Shown: piece by piece, positions 11,077-19,087 of the stretch
How positions within the stretch are numbered: the first letter of the stretch is position 1
Layout of the letters: each line of letters opens with the position of its first letter
DNA from: a virus
Direction: 5' to 3' (one strand)
Length of the DNA stretch: 64,000 nucleotides
Virus record (IMG/VR): IMGVR_UViG_3300025849_000010
Coordinates: 64,001-128,000 of that record
Program-made: the position numbers and the translations under genes
The notes under the pieces: generated by a model
Databases searched by the model: none
Seen by the model: the letters and a program-made list of their open reading frames with translations, nothing else
What the model was told of the DNA's origin: nothing

Positions 11077-11942
11077 TAAATGTAACCTCCGCCTTTAACA
11101 AGATCGCCGTTGACGAATCCTCTAAGACTAAATTTCTCTTGTTCTCTTCTACTATAGGATGGTACTAATGTAATACTAACCATACTTGATACCGGAACGT
11201 GTACATTACCATTTCCTGGTCTTGGAATTGCTCCTCCTGATACTTGAGATGCAATATTTGCTGCACTTGCTAGTGAACTAGATGCACCGTCGGTGCTAAT
11301 TGAAATATAATCAGTGTCTGGCGATAAATCTAGTGTAAAGTTACTAACTACAACCGGAACATTGTTGAAAACATAATCACCGTATCCGCTAAATCTTAAT
11401 ACAGGCGGCGGCGATCCTTGCTCTGAACCATTATCTGAACCATATGCCATTTTAGTTACACTTCTTAGATAGTGCAACATTCCTAGCCAATACAATCCTT
11501 CTTCAGCTGTTTCATTAAAAAACTGACCTGATACTGTAATCTGCTCCACAGCACTATTACGGTATGCTTGAATAGGATATATACTATGTGTAGGTGATAT
11601 TGCATTGTAATTTGCACTGTGTACTATGTTAACTGTAGGAGTAAAAGGAAAGACTAAGCCGTTTGTTTTACGTAGCGGTGCTATTAAAGGACTAGATAAA
11701 AAAGCTGACGTTGATGGCATTGATAATCTAACTCGCCAATCGCCGGAACTTGGAAAATTTGCAGTAGCTGATCCACCGCTTGCAGATCCATTTAATAATC
11801 CTAACAAAGATCTACTAGTTCTAAGGACACGCCCGATGTTTCCGGATTGTATATCCTGTCCTAACTGCGCAGTTGTTCGCAATCCTGTGCTAACTGTATT
11901 AGCTGTTTGCTGAACTGTGTTGAGTACTTTTCTAAATGACAT
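11076..11942 (-). CDS. Tail tube initiator / baseplate-tube cap (gp48/gp54-like)
   Basis: LVFPFTP...PPPVLRFSGYGDYVFNNVPVVVSNFTLDL typical of tube-initiator proteins; first gene of the baseplate operon. Confidence 0.6.
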   Translation of the reverse strand: MSFRKVLNTVQQTANTVSTGLRTTAQLGQDIQSGNIGRVLRTSRSLLGLLNGSASGGSATANFPSSGDWRVRLSMPSTSAFLSSPLIAPLRKTNGLVFPFTPTVNIVHSANYNAISPTHSIYPIQAYRNSAVEQITVSGQFFNETAEEGLYWLGMLHYLRSVTKMAYGSDNGSEQGSPPPVLRFSGYGDYVFNNVPVVVSNFTLDLSPDTDYISISTDGASSSLASAANIASQVSGGAIPRPGNGNVHVPVSSMVSITLVPSYSRREQEKFSLRGFVNGDLVKGGGYI

Positions 11943-11961
11943 AATGCGTTCTCCTATACAT

Positions 11962-11967
11962 TATTTA
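11962..11967 (-). promoter_or_regulatory. Putative late promoter TAAATA for the baseplate operon
   Basis: TAAATA on minus strand, followed by an AGGAG RBS and the ATG at 11942. Confidence 0.6.
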
Positions 11968-11968
11968 G

Positions 11969-11997
11969 TTGACTTTATTAACAGAGTATATTATACT
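11969..11997 (+). promoter_or_regulatory. Sigma70-type promoter for gp55
   Basis: TTGACT (11969-11974), 17 nt spacer, TATACT (11992-11997). Confidence 0.75.
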
Positions 11998-12021
11998 AGT
12001 AGTTGAACCCTAGGAGATCCA

Positions 12022-12849
12022 ATGAAAAGAGTAAATTATCTTAACAACAAGGACATACTGTCCGAAATACATAAGTCAAAGGCAACTTTTTGCTCTTATG
12101 TAGACCCAGATTACAATCAGTTTGACATAATTTTGCCAAGTACTGATAAAATTAATCATCTTACTATCGCAGAAGCAAAGCGCAACAAAGTAAAACGCCT
12201 TAGCACTGCTGAGTATGACCGACGTAAAGCTAATGGCGAGAAGGTCAAGCAAGCTGAATGTGAAGTAGACTATAAAAGTATTACAAAGGAAGAATTAATC
12301 TTCCGTATCATGACGTTTGATCACATTCCAGACGAACCCGGAAGAAAGAAAAATCCAAAAACAGATGCAGACCGTAAAGTAAAGTTAAACTTTCCGCCAT
12401 TTCAGCATTACAAGTTTGACGACGAAGGAAACCTTGTGTGTGTAGGAAAATCACACTGGGAAGGCGGTATGGAGAATGGTTGCTTTAATCATAAACACGG
12501 TAAAGCTACAAATAAGTTAGCTCTTATGTGGATGAAGCTGTGTGATCGGTATGCTACTCGCGGTAATGTACGTGGATACACTTACAATGATGAGATGCGC
12601 GGACAAGCTATCCTACAGTTAGCACAGATTGGTTTGCAGTTTGACGAATCAAAGTCTAATAATCCGTTTGCATACTATACTGCTGCTGTTACTAACAGTT
12701 TTGTACGTGTTATCAACATTGAAAAGCGTAATCAAAACATTCGAGATGATATCTTAGAAGCAAATGGCATGAATCCGAGCTTTACACGAACTGGTAATGC
12801 AGAATGGGAAGCTAGTTTGGCAAGAGACGCCAACAATGCCCCCGATTAA
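12022..12849 (+). CDS. Late-transcription sigma factor, T4 gp55-like
   Basis: YLNNKDIL N-terminus and RGYTYNDEM...FDESKSNNPFAYYTAAVTNSFVRVINIEK; directly upstream of gp47/gp46 as in T4-like phages. Confidence 0.88.
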   Translation: MKRVNYLNNKDILSEIHKSKATFCSYVDPDYNQFDIILPSTDKINHLTIAEAKRNKVKRLSTAEYDRRKANGEKVKQAECEVDYKSITKEELIFRIMTFDHIPDEPGRKKNPKTDADRKVKLNFPPFQHYKFDDEGNLVCVGKSHWEGGMENGCFNHKHGKATNKLALMWMKLCDRYATRGNVRGYTYNDEMRGQAILQLAQIGLQFDESKSNNPFAYYTAAVTNSFVRVINIEKRNQNIRDDILEANGMNPSFTRTGNAEWEASLARDANNAPD

Positions 12850-12852
12850 TGG

Positions 12853-12881
12853 TTGACTTTACTGCTAAAGTGTAGTATTAT
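12853..12881 (+). promoter_or_regulatory. Sigma70-type promoter for gp47/gp46
   Basis: TTGACT (12853-12858), 17 nt spacer, TATTAT (12876-12881). Confidence 0.7.
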
Positions 12882-12911
12882 TAATGTATTAAATTATAGG
12901 AGAAGTCTGAC

Positions 12912-13922
12912 TTGTTTAAGAAAGCAGCAGTTTTTACAGATATCCACTTTGGATTAAAAGGCAACAGTCGAACACACAATGACGACTGTGAAGAATTTGT
13001 AGATTGGTATATTGAACAGGCAAAAGCTAACGGTTGCGAAACTGGTATCTTCTGCGGAGACTGGCATCACAATCGCAATAGCTTAAATCTTACAACTATG
13101 GACGCTACTATTAGGTCTTTAGAAAAACTAGGTAAAGCATTTGACAAGTTCTATATGTTTGTTGGCAACCATGACTTGTACTACAAAGACAAGCGTGACG
13201 TAACATCAACCATGTTCGGACGTCATATTCCAGGGATTACTATCGTAGACGAGATGTATGAAGAGGACGATGTTGCACTTGTTCCGTGGCTAGTAGGCGA
13301 TGAGTGGAAGAAAATTCAAAAGTGCAAAGCAAAATATATGTTTGGACACTTTGAACTTCCTAACTTTTATATGAACGCACTTGTAAAGATGCCTGATCAC
13401 GGTGAACTGCGTCCAGAAAACTTTGCTAATCAAAAATATGTATTCAGTGGACACTTCCATAAGCGTCAAGTACAAGGATCAATTCATTACATCGGCAATG
13501 CATTTCCACACAACTATGCAGATGCGTGGGACGATGATCGCGGTATGATGATTCTTGATCGACAAAACGATGCAGAGCCCGAATACATTAATTGGCCCAA
13601 CTGTCCTAAGTATCGTACAATTAAACTAAGCAGACTAATTGACGAACAAGATACATTTATTAAGAGCAAGATGTATCTTCGTGTTGAATTAGATCTTCCT
13701 ATCAGCTTCGAAGAAGCAAGTTTTATTAAAGAAACTTTCTTAACAGGCTATGACTGTAGAGAGATTACTTTAATTCCGCAGAAGCAGTTAGAAGAAATAT
13801 CAACTGAACTAGACATTGCACAATTTGAAAGTGTTGATCAAATTGTTGCAGGTGAGATTTCTGCACTAGACACTGAAAACTTTAATAAGAAGATGCTACT
13901 TGACATCTATAACGAGCTATAA
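12912..13922 (+). CDS. Recombination endonuclease subunit gp47 (Mre11/SbcD-like)
   Basis: Metallophosphoesterase motifs TDIHFG, GDWHH, GNHD, GHFE, SGHFH; TTG start after AGGAG. Confidence 0.93.
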   Translation: MFKKAAVFTDIHFGLKGNSRTHNDDCEEFVDWYIEQAKANGCETGIFCGDWHHNRNSLNLTTMDATIRSLEKLGKAFDKFYMFVGNHDLYYKDKRDVTSTMFGRHIPGITIVDEMYEEDDVALVPWLVGDEWKKIQKCKAKYMFGHFELPNFYMNALVKMPDHGELRPENFANQKYVFSGHFHKRQVQGSIHYIGNAFPHNYADAWDDDRGMMILDRQNDAEPEYINWPNCPKYRTIKLSRLIDEQDTFIKSKMYLRVELDLPISFEEASFIKETFLTGYDCREITLIPQKQLEEISTELDIAQFESVDQIVAGEISALDTENFNKKMLLDIYNEL

Positions 13923-15695
13923 ATGATTAAAATTAAAGACTTAACCGTAAAGAATTTTATGAGCGTGGGCAATCAAACCCAAGCAGTTGCTTTTAACAAA
14001 GAGCAACTTACGCTTGTACTAGGCGAGAATTTGGACCAAGGTGGTGACGATACAGGATCACGTAATGGTACAGGTAAAACTACTATCATTAATGCTCTGT
14101 CATATGCGCTGTACGGACAGGCACTTACAAACATTAAACGCAACAATTTAATTAACAAAACTAACTCAAAAGGCATGCTAGTTACACTGCACTTTGAAAA
14201 GAACGGTGTTGATTATCGTATTGAACGCGGACGTTCTCCTAACGTACTCAAGTTCTTCATCAACGGCGAAGAGCAAGCAATGATCGACGAGTCACAGGGC
14301 GACAGTCGCAAGACACAAGAAACAATTAACGAGTTGTTGGACATGTCGCACGATATGTTTAAACATATTGTTGCACTTAACACATACACTGAACCGTTCC
14401 TTAGTATGCGTACTAATGATCAAAGAGCTATTATCGAGCAGTTGCTTGGTATTACTATCCTTTCTGAAAAGGCAACTAATCTTAAAGATCAAATCCGTGT
14501 AACTAAAGATGCCATCACGAGCGAAACTCTTAAAATTGATGCGATACAAACTGCTAATAGTAAAATTGAATCAACTATTAATAGTTTAGGTCGTACACAA
14601 CGTGCTTGGCTGTCTAAAAAAGAACAAGACTGTGCAAAATTGTTGCAAGGTATTACAGAATTAGAGAAACTTGATATCGAAGTTGAACTTGAATCGCATG
14701 AAAAGTTGTCTAACTGGACGCAACATAACAACGCTATTATGGCTCTTAAAAAAGAATTAAGCACATTAGAGCCAGCACTATTACGTGCCGACAAGTCTGT
14801 TGAAAAAGCCAAAAAAGACATCGCAGATCTTGAAGATGCAACATGTTATACATGCGGACAAGAACTTCACGCAGATAAAAAAGCAGAGATTGCAGCTCGC
14901 AAAGACAAAGAACTTGTCGACGCTAAATCATATGCTGAAGAAATTACAGGAAAAGTAAAAGAAGTTGCGTTTGCACTTGAAGAGATTGGTGACATCAATG
15001 GCAAGCCTACAACGTTCTATGAAAGTGCCAAAGAAGCATATGACCATAGACAAAATGTTGACAGTTTGAAGCAAGCACTGTCAAACAAACAACAAGAAAC
15101 TGATCCGTATCAAACACAAATTGACGAGCTAAACAATAGTGCAATGCAAGCAATTGATTGGTCAGCTGTTAATGAACTGACAGAGTTTAAAGAGCATCAA
15201 GAATTTTTACTTAAACTTCTAACTAACAAAGATAGTTTTATTCGTAAAAAGATTATTGATCAAAACTTAGCATATCTTAACAACAGACTTACATATTATC
15301 TTGACAAGCTAGGACTGCCGCATCAAGTTCAATTCTTAAATGATTTGAACGTAGAAATTACACAGCTAGGACAGGACTTAGACTTTGATAACCTGTCAAG
15401 AGGTGAGCGCAACAGACTTATCTTAGGCCTGAGCTTTGCATTCCGTGACGTTTGGGAATCATTGTATCAAGGTGTTAACTTATTATTCATTGATGAACTT
15501 ATCGACTCGGGCATGGACACAGCCGGTGTTGAAAGTGCGTTGAGCGTACTTAAAAAGATGGGACGTGAACGAGATAAGAATGTATTCCTTATTTCACATA
15601 AAGACGAGCTTATCGGACGAGTTAATCATGTTATGAGAGTTGTAAAAGAAAACGGATTTACAAACTATGAAAACGATATTGATATTGTTGAATAA
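13923..15695 (+). CDS. Recombination ATPase gp46 (Rad50/SbcC-like)
   Basis: Walker A NGTGKTT, coiled coil with CYTC zinc hook, signature LSRGE, Walker B LFIDE, H-loop ISH. Confidence 0.95.
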   Translation: MIKIKDLTVKNFMSVGNQTQAVAFNKEQLTLVLGENLDQGGDDTGSRNGTGKTTIINALSYALYGQALTNIKRNNLINKTNSKGMLVTLHFEKNGVDYRIERGRSPNVLKFFINGEEQAMIDESQGDSRKTQETINELLDMSHDMFKHIVALNTYTEPFLSMRTNDQRAIIEQLLGITILSEKATNLKDQIRVTKDAITSETLKIDAIQTANSKIESTINSLGRTQRAWLSKKEQDCAKLLQGITELEKLDIEVELESHEKLSNWTQHNNAIMALKKELSTLEPALLRADKSVEKAKKDIADLEDATCYTCGQELHADKKAEIAARKDKELVDAKSYAEEITGKVKEVAFALEEIGDINGKPTTFYESAKEAYDHRQNVDSLKQALSNKQQETDPYQTQIDELNNSAMQAIDWSAVNELTEFKEHQEFLLKLLTNKDSFIRKKIIDQNLAYLNNRLTYYLDKLGLPHQVQFLNDLNVEITQLGQDLDFDNLSRGERNRLILGLSFAFRDVWESLYQGVNLLFIDELIDSGMDTAGVESALSVLKKMGRERDKNVFLISHKDELIGRVNHVMRVVKENGFTNYENDIDIVE

Positions 15696-15706
15696 AGAGA
15701 ATGTAG

Positions 15707-15910
15707 ATGGACGACAACGACACACACGATAAGTTAACGCAAATGTATTTAGAATACTTCAAGGCAAATGAAAAATTCGAAGCTCGCAACTCCGTACGTA
15801 CTCATAGAGAAGTACGGAGATGCCTTCGAGACATGAGACAGCTTGCTAAAGAGCGTTCTGAAGAAATACATATTAAGCATAATACTACAAGAAAAACCAA
15901 GACCGACTAA
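15707..15910 (+). CDS. Small basic helical protein, possibly DNA-binding
   Basis: 67 aa, Arg/Lys-rich second half; fills the gap between gp46 and the nuclease. Confidence 0.5.
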   Translation: MDDNDTHDKLTQMYLEYFKANEKFEARNSVRTHREVRRCLRDMRQLAKERSEEIHIKHNTTRKTKTD

Positions 15911-15938
15911 GGCAATTAAGGCAAATGTTAAGTACATT

Positions 15939-16373
15939 ATGCATTGGACTTATGAAGGAAAACAAATTGAAGAACTGCCAGAAGGCTGCGAAGCATTTGT
16001 TTATCTTATCACAAACAAGACTAATGGCATGATGTACGTAGGCAAAAAACTAGCAAAGTTTAAGGTAACTAAACCACCGCTCAAAGGCAAAAAGAATAAG
16101 AGACGTTCAACAAAAGAAAGTGATTGGAGAGATTACTGGGGTTCCAGTGATAGACTTAACGCAGACGTTGAACGGTTAGGCGCAGAAAATTTCACAAGAG
16201 AAATATTACATATTTGTCCGAGCAGAGGCATAGCAAGTTATTTAGAGGCCCGCGAACAGTTTGAACGCAGAGTACTTGAAACAGATCAATACTACAACGG
16301 TATTATCAATGTACGAGTCGGCGGTTCAACTATTCTCAAAGAACATCTCAAAAACAATCCACCACAGGCATAA
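15939..16373 (+). CDS. Small GIY-YIG family endonuclease (catalytic domain only)
   Basis: AFVYLITNKTNGMMYVGKK, YWGSS, conserved Glu (YLEAREQ) and YYN. Likely start is ATG 15939 rather than the track's 15843. Confidence 0.8.
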   Translation: MHWTYEGKQIEELPEGCEAFVYLITNKTNGMMYVGKKLAKFKVTKPPLKGKKNKRRSTKESDWRDYWGSSDRLNADVERLGAENFTREILHICPSRGIASYLEAREQFERRVLETDQYYNGIINVRVGGSTILKEHLKNNPPQA

Positions 16374-16379
16374 TCAATA

Positions 16380-16760
16380 CAGCACATAAGGTTAGCGGGC
16401 CAGTTTGTAATACCGCTGTGGAAAAGGTCCCCTGAGAAGGACACACGTAACATATTGATCGACTACCCAGAGGTAGGAAGCCATCAAACAAATTGGGCTC
16501 ACTGGTTGATATAGATTGATTGCTGTCAGTCGAAAAACTGCAAATTACACATAAAAACTCTTTAGCAATAGGAACGAAGCGAGAGGTAGTTGGAAACAAC
16601 GATGTCGACGTAGGTTGGGAAAGGTCAGAGCCCATTGTGTAGCAGTATAACAAACACCTACTTCCAATGTCTAGGCTGGATAAGACTCACATGAAGCTTT
16701 TCTTTTAGACGACGGGGCCGTAACAGGTTCCGTCTGACTGAAACGATCTACATGAAACTT
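16380..16760 (+). ncRNA. Candidate large structured non-coding RNA (family not recognised)
   Basis: No credible ORF; several hairpins, a GAAA tetraloop and two crossing long-range helices (see findings). Strand is assumed from the G-U pairs and the GNRA loop. Confidence 0.5.
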
Positions 16761-16879
16761 AAACATTATTACATTCGTAATAATGCAATTATATCATATA
16801 TTAAATCATTTAAATTAAACGAAGTGATGTAGTTTGAGCGTTAGCGATAACTAAAATGAGCTTTAGCTCATTTCTAACA

Positions 16880-16885
16880 TAAATA
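16880..16885 (+). promoter_or_regulatory. Putative late promoter TAAATA
   Basis: caTAAATAc upstream of the AGGA RBS and ATG 16916; preceded by hairpin aaatgagc-ttta-gctcattt (16854-16873). Confidence 0.55.
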
Positions 16886-16915
16886 CATTTAAGTAATAGC
16901 TTATTAGGACATCTC

Positions 16916-17950
16916 ATGAAAGTATTTGACATTGTAAACGAAACAAGATATCGAGTTAGTGAATTCCCTGGATTTGTTTGGGATGACGCAGCTGAGATGT
17001 TAACTCGTCCTGATGGCACAACAGTAAAAGCTACTAGTGCTGATGATGCAAGAAGAGCCGCAAGAACCTGGAATGCCAGAACAGCTAGACTACAATCGCC
17101 AAATGCTAAGTGGAGAAATTTTAAGCGAAGTGCTAATAATCCAGCTCTCAAGTTGGAAAACATGGATAATGCTTTTGCAAAATGGTCAACACGTTTACAA
17201 CGTATACCTGGCATTGGTAAAATTAAATGGATATTCTTATTAAATGATCTGTTTGCTGATATGGCCGGGATTGCTACAGCCGTCATTGAAGAAGAAAATG
17301 AACGTGCAGAAGCAGCAGGCGAAGAATTTGACACAGTAGAAGTTACTAGTTTAATTTCAGCAGCTATATGGACACACCTTAAAGAAGTATTTCCTGCGAT
17401 AGCAAGATCAGCAGCAGTGTTTATTACAACTATATGGGCAAGTACAAAAATATTGACAAGAGTTATTAACTCAATTATGTGGGTAGTTAGAGGATTTGGT
17501 CTTGCAACTGGACCTGGCGCTCCGATAGTTTGGTTAGGAACTTTTGCTGCACAGATTGGCCTAAGTTGGTTTATGACAACTGATTACGGCAAACAAAAAA
17601 TGCGTGACGCATGGATTTGGACACTTGAAGCATTGCTTCCAGGAGTAATAGGTTTAGCAGCGTCTATAGCAGTTAAAGCAGGGTTCGAATCTGCTGAAGG
17701 ACTGTCAGATGCGGCTCGTGCAGCTAGCGAAACTGTAGCAGATACACTAAAAACTCAAATGGAATCACAAGCTGAAACTATACTAAACGGTATGGATGAA
17801 TTTGGTGGCGGAGTAAGTGAAGACGATGTTCAAGACATGCCGCAGGAAATTCAAGATAGACTTAATCAACAAGAACAACCAGATGCTGCACCAACTCCAG
17901 CAGCAGCAAATCAAAGTTTTAAAGACATTGTAGGCGCTGGTACTTGGTAA
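16916..17950 (+). CDS. Hypothetical late protein, possible internal head/ejection protein with hydrophobic helices
   Basis: 344 aa ORF with RBS and late promoter; hydrophobic Gly/Ala-rich segments; N-terminus MKVFDIVNE. Confidence 0.55.
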   Translation: MKVFDIVNETRYRVSEFPGFVWDDAAEMLTRPDGTTVKATSADDARRAARTWNARTARLQSPNAKWRNFKRSANNPALKLENMDNAFAKWSTRLQRIPGIGKIKWIFLLNDLFADMAGIATAVIEEENERAEAAGEEFDTVEVTSLISAAIWTHLKEVFPAIARSAAVFITTIWASTKILTRVINSIMWVVRGFGLATGPGAPIVWLGTFAAQIGLSWFMTTDYGKQKMRDAWIWTLEALLPGVIGLAASIAVKAGFESAEGLSDAARAASETVADTLKTQMESQAETILNGMDEFGGGVSEDDVQDMPQEIQDRLNQQEQPDAAPTPAAANQSFKDIVGAGTW

Positions 17951-17951
17951 T

Positions 17952-18191
17952 TTAAATTAACGGCATTCCGGCCTTATTGGTATTTTCCCAATTTTCTTTG
18001 ATAATTTTATTAAGGATAGCCTTGTCGGCTACATCGATATAATACATTAGGTCTTGATACTGGACACCGCCTCGCATATACCATACCAATCGGTACATTT
18101 CGTCTTTGAGGCTTTTTTCTGTTTCTTCGTACTGTTCAAGAACTGCTTCGATATCAGAGACTTCGAGATTACCTATTAGCTTCCGAAAAAA
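17952..18191 (-). CDS. gp51-like frame, probably translated as a -1 frameshift extension of the gp26-like gene
   Basis: Not in track. Open frame FFRKLIGNLEVSDIEAVLEQYEETEKSLKDEMYRLVWYMRGGVQYQDLMYYIDVADKAILNKIIKENWENTNKAGMPLI*; first ATG only at 18098. Confidence 0.7.
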   Translation of the reverse strand, partial: FFRKLIGNLEVSDIEAVLEQYEETEKSLKDEMYRLVWYMRGGVQYQDLMYYIDVADKAILNKIIKENWENTNKAGMPLI

Positions 18192-19003
18192 CTTGAATCA
18201 TCCATTGTGAACAACTGCGTGTAACCTTTAGCGCACTCACCGCACTTGACCTCTAGCGGTTTTATTTGCTGATCTTCGTTATTTTTTTCAATTGTCTTTT
18301 TTAACAGTTCAAAATATTCTCTATCACTTGTTAAAATAAAATCTCTTATTTGTGCTGGATCGTATTCTGAACCATCAGGTGTGATAATTTCAACAACTTG
18401 TCCTGCAATACTTTCTTCAATTACTTGATTTAGTTTTTTATATGCAGTGTATTCAATTTCTCGCTGTTGTTCAACAGTTAGGTCTTTTTGGCTAGCAGTT
18501 TGTGCTATCAAACGCTGAGTTTCAAAAGATACTTTTTCTATAGCAGTGTATGCATCGTAAGTTAACGGATTAAGTTTAAAAGTTAGCTCGTGCATTTTAA
18601 CAGTTTCTAAATACTTGCGATCACTAAGACTTTCTAAGATGTGTCCTAAAATTACTTCGTGTTTGTTTCCCTCACCACAATGTGGACAAGAACTGTGTTG
18701 ATTATATTTTTCTCCGTAGGATGCTATGCGTATTGCTACTAACAAAAATTCGATGTCTATTATAGAAATATTGCCTGGCTCAACAATACTAGGAATACAT
18801 GACTTAATTAGATTCTTAGTTGCTAGTCCACTTAACAATGCTTCTGGATTTTTCATCATAAGTTCATCAGCACCCGACATTGAGTAAATCGGTACTTCTT
18901 TGAATGTACTATTACTAGTGCCTTCTTTTACAAATCTAAATTGTGATGGAATATCAACAAAGATTTTTGGCTGTCTTTTGTGCTTGGTTAAAACCGAACT
19001 CAT
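18176..19003 (-). CDS. Baseplate hub assembly / tail assembly chaperone, T4 gp26-like
   Basis: DIEFLLVAIRIASYGE, CPHC and CGEC zinc pairs, C-terminal SSFFGS. Confidence 0.8.
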   Translation of the reverse strand: MSSVLTKHKRQPKIFVDIPSQFRFVKEGTSNSTFKEVPIYSMSGADELMMKNPEALLSGLATKNLIKSCIPSIVEPGNISIIDIEFLLVAIRIASYGEKYNQHSSCPHCGEGNKHEVILGHILESLSDRKYLETVKMHELTFKLNPLTYDAYTAIEKVSFETQRLIAQTASQKDLTVEQQREIEYTAYKKLNQVIEESIAGQVVEIITPDGSEYDPAQIRDFILTSDREYFELLKKTIEKNNEDQQIKPLEVKCGECAKGYTQLFTMDDSSFFGS

Positions 19004-19022
19004 CGTGTAATTCTCCTAAGGA

Positions 19023-19042
19023 TAAATATATAAAAGTATTTA
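19023..19042. promoter_or_regulatory. Pair of opposed late promoters (TAAATA + at 19023-19028, TAAATA - at 19037-19042)
   Basis: Both hexamers are in the short gap between the divergent gp26-like and tape measure genes. Confidence 0.55.
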
Positions 19043-19087
19043 TGCGACATAAAGTACGCATATATCATTACTGATTAAGGAAAATTT

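Noticed and set aside
16380-16760. Group I intron, RNase P RNA, tmRNA or tRNA
   Set aside because: No interrupted host gene, and I could not find P7, RNase P P4, tmRNA acceptor-end or cloverleaf motifs. Kept only as an unclassified structured RNA.
16348-17334. Minus-strand ORFs 16348-16653 and 16810-17334
   Set aside because: No recognisable protein features; antisense to the structured region or to a better-supported plus-strand gene.
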